Assembly (NCBI GenBank): GCA_041577295.1
Contig: JBFGJG010000033.1
Coordinates: 1 to 44,932, forward strand
Direction: 5' to 3'
DNA: 44,932 nucleotides
Origin: Gemmatimonadales bacterium
GTDB taxonomy: Bacteria > Gemmatimonadota > Gemmatimonadetes > Gemmatimonadales > GWC2-71-9
Positions within the stretch are counted from its first letter, which is position 1. Every line of letters starts with the position of its first letter. The notes below the pieces were generated by a model. It saw only the letters and a program-made list of their open reading frames with translations, was not told the DNA's origin and made no database searches. The position numbers and the translations under genes are program-made. Positions 28,901-36,322 of the stretch are shown here, piece by piece.

Positions 28901-29726
28901 GGTCCGTCGTGTCACCGCTCGGTCCAAACGTCATCCCCTGGGGTTGGTGGAATCCGAACGCCGACAGATCCCGCGTCGCAACCAGCTGGCCGGCTTGGGT
29001 CAGCTCGTACAACGCGGTTGTGTTTGGGTTGAGGACGAAGAGGTGTCCGGTTGTCGGGTCGAACGCCAGGCCGCGCACGTTGGACAGGCCGACAAGGGGA
29101 ACCGCGGCGACCGTGAGCCAAGCAGGGTCGCCTCGGATGTCCGGCTCGAGGATTACGATACGTTGTCCGGCTTCGCCCGAGTCCAGGATAAACACACGTC
29201 CGCTCGCGGGATCGACGGTCATCCCCTGCGGATCTCGCAGTCCCAGGTTTTGCACGTCGAGCTGCCGGCTCGTCTCCGGATCGAGGGTGCCGTCCGGGTT
29301 CGCGCGGATCTCGGTCAACTGGTGGCGTAGCGGCTCGAGGATGAGCAAGCGTCCGGCGTGGGCGTCGAAGGCGACGTTTATCGGATCGGCTAGCTCGATT
29401 GCGATTTGGACGGTTCCGGCCGAGTCGCCGCCGAGAGTAACAAGGCCGACATCGGTCACTGAGCTCGTGAGCGCGCCCCACTGGTGCGTCACGACGAAGA
29501 ATGTGCCGCTGATGGGCGAGAAGGCGATCCCGGCAGGGTTGGTCATGTCGAGTTCGAGAGGTTCCAACACCCGCGCCATTCGAGCCTGCGCGGTCTCAGC
29601 CTGTGACGGTGCACTGCTTTCCACGCCGGGGTCGAACGGCTCTGGTTCGCACGCGGTCAGGAGCGCGATCACGCTCGCTCCCAACAGTGCAGCCTCTGGA
29701 CCAAATCGTGAACGTGATCGTGCCAT
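25929..29726 (-). CDS. Large modular surface lipoprotein: two SdiA-regulated/YjiK-like beta-propellers, Ig/PKD-like domain, two invasin-type (Big_1) Ig domains, two 'DDAEE' domains
   Basis: Lipobox LTAC after the start at 29726; repeated 'P.G(I/M/V)(A/T)(F/Y/V)DP' blades; 'SVPANG..SATITVTL' twice; 'VRVA.S.DDAEE...SSDLE.VYDR.DQTVG.RFTGV.IP' twice. Confidence 0.8.
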   Translation of the reverse strand: MARSRSRFGPEAALLGASVIALLTACEPEPFDPGVESSAPSQAETAQARMARVLEPLELDMTNPAGIAFSPISGTFFVVTHQWGALTSSVTDVGLVTLGGDSAGTVQIAIELADPINVAFDAHAGRLLILEPLRHQLTEIRANPDGTLDPETSRQLDVQNLGLRDPQGMTVDPASGRVFILDSGEAGQRIVILEPDIRGDPAWLTVAAVPLVGLSNVRGLAFDPTTGHLFVLNPNTTALYELTQAGQLVATRDLSAFGFHQPQGMTFGPSGDTTDHPSELSLYIADRGIGSGASPRARGFRETGHITEISLVQPAGTLTPSFAISMAAMEVASLVQTIQTSQFSPPSPDPAGITYLGHLGDLLISDSEVNEMSIFTGVNQFRITLSGSLVDTFTTTLYSNEPTGVSWNPANLHLFYSDDSRDEIFEVNPGPDGLYDTPDDIVTSFDTRAFNSNDPEGVTYDFAQGVLFIVDGVNAEVYRVSPGSNGVFDGLPPAGDDQVTSFDTEGFGLTDPEGIAHDSDFGHLYIVGKPDNLVFHVTTDGTLLRTLEIGAANPDKPAGLAYAPSSTTPGTMSLWIVDRGTDNNSDPNENDGLVYEFSLPSFGGNALPTVTITSPATGSTYSDDEVITFTGTASDAEDGDLTGSLGWTSDLDGSIGSGGSFATSTLSVGTHTITASVTDAGGSTASDAITVTVNVEGMMTVEVRVATSSDDAEESASGSVSLTSSDLEMVYDRSDQTVGLRFTGVPIPLGATISSASIQFQVDEANATTTSLTIQGQAADNPPTFSSSSGNISGRARTANAVSWSPQPWTTVGAAGPDQQTPNIAAVVQEIVNRSGWASGNALVIIITGTGERVAESFNGAAAAAALLQVEFYTGPPPEPTVNADNSSVTTNVSSVPANGASSATITVTLRNDANDPVSGHAVSLGQGGGNSTIGAASGPSDANGRVTFSVTSTTAETVTYTATDVTDGVVIVQTAQVTFEPLPTDADASTVTATPSVVPPDGASSATIAVTLANSLGVPMIGHTVSLAQGSGSSTISAASGSSDANGRVTFTVTNTTAETVTYTATDVTEGVVITQTAQVTFDDAPSTSIIEVRVAASTDDAEERDNGRMYLNSSDLELVYDRGDQTVGMRFTGVTIPRGAAIVDAYVQFQVDETPSGTTSLTVAGEAADNAVTFGSSDRDISSRDRTTVSVPWTPEAWSSVGDAGLAQRTPNLAGVIQEIVGRSSWVSGNALVIIITGTGERVAEAFDGVAAAAPLLHVEYSN

Positions 29727-29859
29727 CCACCACCCCGCGGCTCGCAAAACTCGAAGGGTATGCGTGAAACCATGACATTGCAATCGGTACAACTACGTAG
29801 CGAAGCTCAGAGAGCGGGCGCTTGCGGCGGACACACATGCCGAAGCGCCTCGGAAGCCG

Positions 29860-30252
29860 CTACCCACCACCTCCCGATCCCATGTCCACCTTGATCCAGT
29901 CCGCCGATTCCTTCGTTGCATAATCGACGTACTCGATCTCGACAGTGCGTCCGACCTGAAGGTCGTCGAAGGTTCCCACGAGATTGGTTTGCTGGAGTGC
30001 CGATCGATCCAACCAGATCCTGGTTTGCTCCGCGACCTCGATGGTCCGGGTCTCCAAGGAATCGCGTACCGTAATGGTCCGGTTTGCGGCATCCACGGCG
30101 ATGATCTCACCGAGGTACGCGTAGACGCCAGACATTCCCGGCGACATCCCGATGGGGATGTAGCGTTCGGTTTGCTCCTGTCCGAACGCAATTGATGCAC
30201 CGCCGGTAAGCAGCAGCATTGCAACGACTAGACTCGTCATTAGGGTATGCAT
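29860..30252 (-). CDS. Secreted hypothetical protein (small beta-barrel, DUF5666-like)
   Basis: Signal peptide 'MHTLMTSLVVAMLLLTGGASIAFG'; GGAG SD; 'G.I.AVD...RTITV...T.I......DLQVG..VEI.Y' pattern. Confidence 0.65.
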   Translation of the reverse strand: MHTLMTSLVVAMLLLTGGASIAFGQEQTERYIPIGMSPGMSGVYAYLGEIIAVDAANRTITVRDSLETRTIEVAEQTRIWLDRSALQQTNLVGTFDDLQVGRTVEIEYVDYATKESADWIKVDMGSGGGG

Positions 30253-30287
30253 GGCAACGACTCCGTGATCTTTGCCCGCTCGGTTGC

Positions 30288-31637
30288 CTAATTCGTTTCT
30301 ACCAACTGATCCCGTGCACGTTCCTGCGCTTCAATGGCTTGCTCCACGCGACTTCGCGCATAGAGGTCCAGCGCCCGCTCGATCAAATCACGCGATGCTT
30401 CGAGCTCGGCGACGGCCTCGGGATGGAGACCGCCACCCCGTAGCACGAAGATCGCGTCGCCGGTCTCCTCGAGCGCCCGCGCGAGGAGAGCCTCCGCGAG
30501 GTTCGACGAAGCCTGGAGGCTACGCTCGAGCAGCGAGATCGTCTCCCGGATGTTCTCCAGCGCGTTGATGACCCGGAGAAAGGCGGAGACCGCCACGACC
30601 TGGGTGGCGTCGAGATTGATCCCGCTGCCGGTGGCGCCAACGAGCAGTTGTCCCGCAGGAGAATTGTTGAAGGCATCGCCGTTGTAGAACGCCACCGAGC
30701 CCTCGATGGTTTCGACGGAGTTGTTGTGGAAGAACGGCCCGGTATCAGCAGCTTCCACGAGCGGCGGCGTATTGAACGCACCGTTGCCGGGGGTGCCAAA
30801 CCCATCATCGGGCGGCACCAGCTCGTCGGTGAGATCGGCTGGCTGGTCCGGAAGATCCTCCACTCCCGTGTTGAAGTTGAGGTTCCCGGCTCCCTCGCCA
30901 AAGATAGCCGGATTGCCGTTGGCACCGGCGTTGAAATGGCAGGCGTTGCACTTGCCAAGGGTATTGTCGAGAAAGATTTCCTGACCGCGCGATGCCACGA
31001 GTCCCTTGAGCGGCAACGGAAGCTCCAAATCTTCCTGACGTCCCAGGGATAGCATGAACGCCTCGATCGCGTCCAACTCCTCATCTGTGGGCAACCTGAA
31101 GTCCACCCCTGGAATGCGGTTCGTCGTGAGGGTGAAGTGCTGAATCACGGCACCGGTCGTGAAAGAACGAAGGGATCCGTCGCCCGGTGACCCGTCTCCC
31201 GACCATCCGGTTTGTGGTCCTTGTGCGCTGGCCACTGACGTCCGAAGCGCCAAGGTGTGCGGGACGCCGCGCATGTTGAAGTTGTTTGCCAGGTCGTCAA
31301 AGCCATCCTGGTTTTCGAGAATGAGCCCGAACAGCCGCATGAGCGTTGGGTTCTCGAAGTTTTCCGCGAGATCGGGATTGGTCTCGGCGACGAAGAGCGG
31401 ATCGTCGTCGGGCAGCGTCGCGATGAATGCCGGCGTCAGCCCAAAGTTGTCCTCGGTACGGTGACAGGTCCCGCACGTCCTCCCATTCCCCGCGAACGTC
31501 TCGTTAAAGAACAGGCGTTCACCCTCGACAACGGGATCTGGGTCGGTTGGTGGCGGTGGTGGACAGGCGGTGAGCACGATGACGCTGAAGAGACAAGCCG
31601 TGATGCCGAGATAGGCGTTGAGATAGCCCTGGGGCAC
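30288..31637 (-). CDS. Di-heme cytochrome c peroxidase/MauG-like lipoprotein
   Basis: Two CxxCH motifs (CGTCH, CNACH); 'GERLFFNETFAGNGRTC', 'FNTPPLVEAADTGPFFHNNS'; lipobox LTAC; GAGGAG SD before GTG. Confidence 0.8.
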   Translation of the reverse strand: MPQGYLNAYLGITACLFSVIVLTACPPPPPTDPDPVVEGERLFFNETFAGNGRTCGTCHRTEDNFGLTPAFIATLPDDDPLFVAETNPDLAENFENPTLMRLFGLILENQDGFDDLANNFNMRGVPHTLALRTSVASAQGPQTGWSGDGSPGDGSLRSFTTGAVIQHFTLTTNRIPGVDFRLPTDEELDAIEAFMLSLGRQEDLELPLPLKGLVASRGQEIFLDNTLGKCNACHFNAGANGNPAIFGEGAGNLNFNTGVEDLPDQPADLTDELVPPDDGFGTPGNGAFNTPPLVEAADTGPFFHNNSVETIEGSVAFYNGDAFNNSPAGQLLVGATGSGINLDATQVVAVSAFLRVINALENIRETISLLERSLQASSNLAEALLARALEETGDAIFVLRGGGLHPEAVAELEASRDLIERALDLYARSRVEQAIEAQERARDQLVETN

Positions 31638-31868
31638 GAGACTCCTCTGGTCTAAAGGAAACGCTAGGCCTGTGGCGTTTCTTGTGATGGTGACGGCAGG
31701 GCACCCTTTGGCGTAACGCCAAGCGAGCCCATGGCGGGCGCGACTGCACGCATAATAGTAAAGATTGGATGAGCGGCAAGCTCCTGTCGTCGCCGTGATT
31801 TAGCACGACACGAGGAGCGTCGGTCATGATCTTGGTGGACCTGGAGTTCCTGGGGCCTTGAAAGAACC

Positions 31869-31895
31869 GGGGAGGGTCCCGACAGGACCCTCCCC
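31869..31895 (-). terminator. Probable intrinsic terminator of the upstream minus-strand lipoprotein gene
   Basis: Perfect 11-bp stem ggggagggtcc/ggaccctcccc with a 5-nt loop; followed on the minus strand by ggttcttt. Confidence 0.6.
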
Positions 31896-31945
31896 CTCCT
31901 ACACGTAACAAGCTTTGGTTTCACTTCCCCGGCGGCACCGGGCAG

Positions 31946-32551
31946 CTAGGGCGTCACCCGGATATCTCCGCGATCGAGGTCGGCGAAGAACATGAGCACG
32001 AAGCCGGGCACCACGATGGACTCGCAACTCTCGGCGGCATCGTTGGGTGGCCCGTCAGGGTAAGCACCGGCAGGAACAAAGTCAGGTAGTAACTGGTCGG
32101 GAGAGGCCTGGTGTCCTTCGCCGTTGTCAATCGCGAGCATGATGAAGAACGGTCCAGCTTGTTCAGGAGCGCTGGGGGGCCTGGGGATATCGGTACCGAG
32201 AGCCACGACGTCGGCGTCACCAACTTTGATCCGCGCCATGCAGACAACGCGTCCGCGCTGTTTTTGATTGGGAGCAAAAAACTCGCTCCTGAAGTTGGCT
32301 TCGCCGGTAACGCTGCCGTCTGCGCGCTTTTTCGCGCGGAAGGCAAATCTGTCTTGGTTGCCGTTTGGGGCGGTGACTTCCCCGAAGCCGTTAGCGGCTA
32401 GCACCACGGGGTGAGCGTGGCCAGCCTGCAGCCGGAGATCCGAGTCAAGTGGCTGCGGAGTCGTGGTCATCTCGCCACAGGCTGCGACGATCGCCAACGC
32501 TGTTGCAAGGCCGAAGAATCTGATGATGGTCGGACGCGGTGCCTTCTGCAT
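31946..32551 (-). CDS. Hypothetical lipoprotein
   Basis: 'MQKAPRPTIIRFFGLATALAIVAAC' signal plus lipobox; GGAG upstream; 'FAFRAKK.ADGSVTG', 'IDNGEG....PD'. Confidence 0.7.
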   Translation of the reverse strand: MQKAPRPTIIRFFGLATALAIVAACGEMTTTPQPLDSDLRLQAGHAHPVVLAANGFGEVTAPNGNQDRFAFRAKKRADGSVTGEANFRSEFFAPNQKQRGRVVCMARIKVGDADVVALGTDIPRPPSAPEQAGPFFIMLAIDNGEGHQASPDQLLPDFVPAGAYPDGPPNDAAESCESIVVPGFVLMFFADLDRGDIRVTP

Positions 32552-32650
32552 GCTGAATTTCTCCGCGCTGAGGTTTTGCATTTGTCTTTTGACGCAGGGC
32601 AAGCTCACGCCCCACCCTTGCACCGTAGCCCGACGTGCACGGGTGAGCCA

Positions 32651-32690
32651 TCGGTCAATCCCTGATTCAGTAGTTCAGAAATACTGAGAT
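32651..32690. promoter_or_regulatory. Candidate NarL/LuxR-family operator (TCAG..CTGA inverted repeats)
   Basis: tcagta (32667-72)/tactga (32682-87) inverted repeat, nested tcagaaatactga and adjacent atccctgat; AT-rich; about 110 bp upstream of the lipoprotein start. Confidence 0.35.
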
Positions 32691-32709
32691 GCTCAGGGGC
32701 GCTGTGACG

Positions 32710-33108
32710 CTAACGCGTCGTAAGACTCGCGCTGAGAAAGGTTTCACCCCGAACAATCGCGCGTAGGGCAGTGGAAAGCTCGTGGTCGAGATGGTCCTTC
32801 AACAAGTAACCCGAGGCGCCGGCAGCGAGTGCCGCATCGACGATTCTCCGGTTGTCATGCAAGGAGCACATGATCACCTTGAGGTGAGGAACGGAAGCGA
32901 GAGCACGGCGAGCGGTCTCGATGCCGCTCACCCCGGGCATCTCGACATCGACGAGAAGGATATCTGGGTGGAGCTCGTCCACGAGACGGAGCACCGCCTC
33001 GCCGTCCGCAGCTTCGCCCACCAGCTGCACCGAAGCCTCGTTGGCGAGCAGGGTTCCCACGTACTGACGAAACCGCAGGTCGTCATCTGCCAATACAATG
33101 TTTGTGAT
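32710..33108 (-). CDS. Stand-alone NarL-type receiver domain; probable ATC start
   Basis: 'ITNIVLADD', 'LVDVEMPGVSG', 'CSLH', 'GYLLKD'; ends at 'GETFLSASLTTR' with no HTH; GGGAGG lies 6 nt before ATC 33108. Confidence 0.75.
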   Translation of the reverse strand: MTNIVLADDDLRFRQYVGTLLANEASVQLVGEAADGEAVLRLVDELHPDILLVDVEMPGVSGIETARRALASVPHLKVIMCSLHDNRRIVDAALAAGASGYLLKDHLDHELSTALRAIVRGETFLSASLTTR

Positions 33109-33237
33109 GTGAGTCCTCCCGATGCGAGCGCCGCGTCCAACGTGCTACATGGCGGCGCGATCCGTGGAATGGACGGGCAGGTTGGCTCTTGAAGGATCAG
33201 TCGTGGTCGGTGGGTGGGCAATCAGCAGTTGGCTGAC

Positions 33238-33936
33238 TTAGTGCTTCCGGATGCCTGAGTCATCCCCAAGGGCATCAGGGGTGCGATCGGGTTCGGTGGA
33301 CGTCAGCCCCTCGCGGATCGCGTACTTGGTGAGACCGGCGACGCTATGGATATCCAACTTCCGCATCACATGCTCGCGGTGCGTACCGACGGTTTTGACG
33401 CTGACGTGGAGACGGCCAGCGATGGCCTTGGCAGAGTGACCCTCCGCCAGGAGTTGGAGCACCTGCCGCTCGCGATCTGTCAAAACCGAGAACGCGGTCT
33501 CCTCCGCCCTCCGGTGCTCCGTGTAGTCCGCCACGACTGAGCTGGCCACAGACGGGGAAAGATAGGTCTGGCCGCCTACCACCGTCCGGACCGCCCGGAT
33601 CAGTTCCTCTAGGGCGCATTCCTTGAGCAAGTAGCCTGAGGCTCCCGCCTCCAAGACAGCAGACACGAACCGCTGTTCCGAGTGCATCGAGAGACAAAGG
33701 ACCCTCGTCCGGGGCCTTTTCGCCAGAATCTGCCGAGTTGCCTCGATTCCGTTCATCCCAGGCATGGACACGTCCATGAGCACCACGTGCGGTTGCTTGT
33801 CGATCACAATCTTCACTGCGTCAGGCCCGTCTTGCGCGTCCCCGATCACATCCATATCGGGCTGTGTCTCGAGCAACGCGCGGAGGCCCGCAACGAAGAT
33901 GTCGTGATCGTCGGCCAAGACGATCCGAATGCTCAT
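33238..33936 (-). CDS. NarL/FixJ family DNA-binding response regulator
   Basis: 'MSIRIVLADDH', 'LMDVSMPGMNG', 'GYLLK', LuxR HTH 'LTDRERQVLQLLAEG.S.K.IA..L.VSVKTVGTHR'; ATG overlaps the kinase TGA. Confidence 0.95.
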   Translation of the reverse strand: MSIRIVLADDHDIFVAGLRALLETQPDMDVIGDAQDGPDAVKIVIDKQPHVVLMDVSMPGMNGIEATRQILAKRPRTRVLCLSMHSEQRFVSAVLEAGASGYLLKECALEELIRAVRTVVGGQTYLSPSVASSVVADYTEHRRAEETAFSVLTDRERQVLQLLAEGHSAKAIAGRLHVSVKTVGTHREHVMRKLDIHSVAGLTKYAIREGLTSTEPDRTPDALGDDSGIRKH

Positions 33937-35066
33937 GCTGTTGGCGTCTCGACGGGAACGACGAGCAGGCATTTCGTCCCTTGGTCCGGAGCGGTGTCGA
34001 CGTCGATGCGCCCGCCAATCGCACGCAGTTGCTCGCGAATGCTGAGGAGCCCGTGCCCCCGCCGTGGATCGCCAGCCTGGACGATGGACGAATCGATTCC
34101 CACGCCATCATCAGCGACCATGATCTCGATTCGATCTTGGCCTCTGGTGATCTGAACGCTCACGGCACTGGCACTTGCGTGTTTTACGACGTTGATAAGG
34201 AGCTCGCGGACAGACCGGTAGAGTACGACGTTGGCGTCGGTCGAAAGTGGATTCGGCTCGGCGTCACACTCAAACGCAAAGCTGACACCGTTTGCTTCGA
34301 CGACTTGGTCCCCGAGCGCTCGCAGCGCCGCTTCCAACCCAAGCTCGTACAGGATGGGAGAACTCAGTTCGAACGTCAGCGCGCGCGTCGCCCGGATCGC
34401 GTCGTCGATCAGATCGCGCACCTCCTCCAACGGGCCCTCGAGCTCTCCTGTATCGCCCTTCCCGTACGCGCCGAGCTTCATCCGAGCCAGCGCCAAGCTG
34501 TGGCCCACATGGTCGTGTAGCCCCAATGCGATCCGGCGTCGCTCCTGCTCCTCGACGAGTCCCAATTCTAAAGTCAGCTGCCGGAGTTGTGCCTGATACT
34601 CGAGGAGCCGTTGCTCGTTCTCCTTGTGCTCGGTCAGGTCCTTGCAGACGAGCAGAACGAGCATCTGCCCGTCGCTGTCCGCCATGGAGCGGGTTGATCC
34701 GCGCACCCAGACGATGCTCCCGTCCTTTCGGAGCAGGCGAAAATCGCGGGCGGTCACGATGCCAAGCGCAGTCGATGTGGTGCTGAGTTGGTCTTGGAAC
34801 GCCTGCCGATCATGGTGGTGTATAAGCTCGACAGCGCGAACACCCAGAAGGTCGCTGTTGCGATATCCCAGCTCCGCTGCCCCATGGGAGTTGATCGAGT
34901 CAATCCGGCCCGAGCAGTCCACGGTAGCCGAAATGGAAGGGCTTTGATCGTAGAGTGCCTTAAATCGCTCTTCGCTCCGCCGCAAGGCGGTCTCGACTTC
35001 TTCCGTCCGCGATAGATCCATGACTGATCCGACGCAGTGGTTCATCGTCAAGTGGACTGCACCCAT
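33933..35066 (-). CDS. Cytoplasmic PAS-domain sensor histidine kinase (HisKA_3/NarX type); start may be 35021
   Basis: PAS/PAC 'RLLRKDGSIVWV'; 'EEQERRRIALGLHDHVGHSL'; 'RELLINVVKHA'; 'DDGVG'; 'GHGL'. Confidence 0.9.
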   Translation of the reverse strand: MGAVHLTMNHCVGSVMDLSRTEEVETALRRSEERFKALYDQSPSISATVDCSGRIDSINSHGAAELGYRNSDLLGVRAVELIHHHDRQAFQDQLSTTSTALGIVTARDFRLLRKDGSIVWVRGSTRSMADSDGQMLVLLVCKDLTEHKENEQRLLEYQAQLRQLTLELGLVEEQERRRIALGLHDHVGHSLALARMKLGAYGKGDTGELEGPLEEVRDLIDDAIRATRALTFELSSPILYELGLEAALRALGDQVVEANGVSFAFECDAEPNPLSTDANVVLYRSVRELLINVVKHASASAVSVQITRGQDRIEIMVADDGVGIDSSIVQAGDPRRGHGLLSIREQLRAIGGRIDVDTAPDQGTKCLLVVPVETPTA

Positions 35067-35542
35067 CAGGCAGCGCCCAACAGGAACTAAGTCAGCGAAA
35101 ACTCGACAATTCAGTGGTGGGGCCGGTGTCCATCGTTCCGGCGCGTGACAAACAATATGCAGCGCAAGTTAAGTGACAGTAAGAGTTGCGTTGTTGCCAC
35201 ACGGTGGTCAGAACCCCGGTATGCGCGCACGAGTGACCGTGGTTGTTCACCAGAGACGGAAGACAACGGTATCGTCGCCGCCGCGGCCATGACGTCTTGA
35301 TAGAGCGTGATGCCCCACGCGTCGGTGTCGCTGGTGGTACCGGTGAGCTCCACCCCGATGTGGGTCTTCGATCGGAGGCGGGGAATCGCGACGATATTGC
35401 GCGCCCGCCCCTCAGAACCGGCCAGCTCACGGCGCAGCAGAGCGAGTTCTCATCGGGGGAGCACAATTCGTGGAGGACCGACTATCTTCCTTCCGGAAAC
35501 GAATCGGCCCCGGCCGAAGACTCTCCGTCAACCGATAAGGGT

Positions 35543-36220
35543 ATGCGAGTCCAGTACACCACCACGGCGGTGCTGCTTGCAGCACTGGCCGCGACAGCCT
35601 GCGGTACGGCCGCAACGGGGTCAGGGACCCCACCCCAGCCCGAGTCCGCCTCAACCGCCGACCTCGAGGCGATCTACCAAGCGCGGCTCGACAGCGCCCG
35701 GATGCGTTTCGTCGAGGCCGACGTTCATTTCATGACCGGCATGATCGCCCACCATGCGCAGGCGCTTGTGATGTCTGCGCTCGCCCCGACCAACGGGGCG
35801 AGCCCGACGATCCAGACCCTGGCCGCGCGCATCATCAATGCACAGAAAGACGAAATTGCCTCCATGCAGCAATGGCTGCGCGACCGTGGGCAAGAAACCC
35901 CTGAGGTACACGGGACGGGGACAATGACGATGGTGCACGGTCCGAGCCACGCCATGCACATGCCGGGGATGTTGACGCCGGAGCAGATGCAGGAGCTGAA
36001 GGAAGCCCGCGGGCGCGAGTTCGACCGGCTCTTCCTTACTTATATGATCCAACATCACGCCGGGGCCGTGACCATGGTGCACGAGCTGTTTGCGACCGAC
36101 GGTGCAGCCCAAGAGGACGTGATGTTCAAAATTGCCTCCGACATTCAGGTCGATCAGATCACCGAGATCGAGCGAATGAAGCTGATGCTCGAGCAGATGG
36201 AGTGGGCGGGGAACCATTAG
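35543..36220 (+). CDS. DUF305 (ferritin-like four-helix) lipoprotein
   Basis: Lipobox ATAC; 'DVHFMTGMIAHHAQA', 'MPGMLT', 'FDRLFL..MI.HH.GA', 'Q..EI.RM'. Confidence 0.88.
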   Translation: MRVQYTTTAVLLAALAATACGTAATGSGTPPQPESASTADLEAIYQARLDSARMRFVEADVHFMTGMIAHHAQALVMSALAPTNGASPTIQTLAARIINAQKDEIASMQQWLRDRGQETPEVHGTGTMTMVHGPSHAMHMPGMLTPEQMQELKEARGREFDRLFLTYMIQHHAGAVTMVHELFATDGAAQEDVMFKIASDIQVDQITEIERMKLMLEQMEWAGNH

Positions 36221-36322
36221 CGTAACCTCCGTAGGGTGCAGACATGCGGCAGTGCCTGCGGAGAGACGATTGACGACCATGTTCACTATTTGAGATCTAA
36301 AAGAGAGGAAAGAGGAAACCGG

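Noticed and set aside
31664..31924. 86-aa minus-strand ORF between the lipoprotein and the cytochrome gene
   Set aside because: It runs through the terminator hairpin and probable promoter region and has no domain signal.
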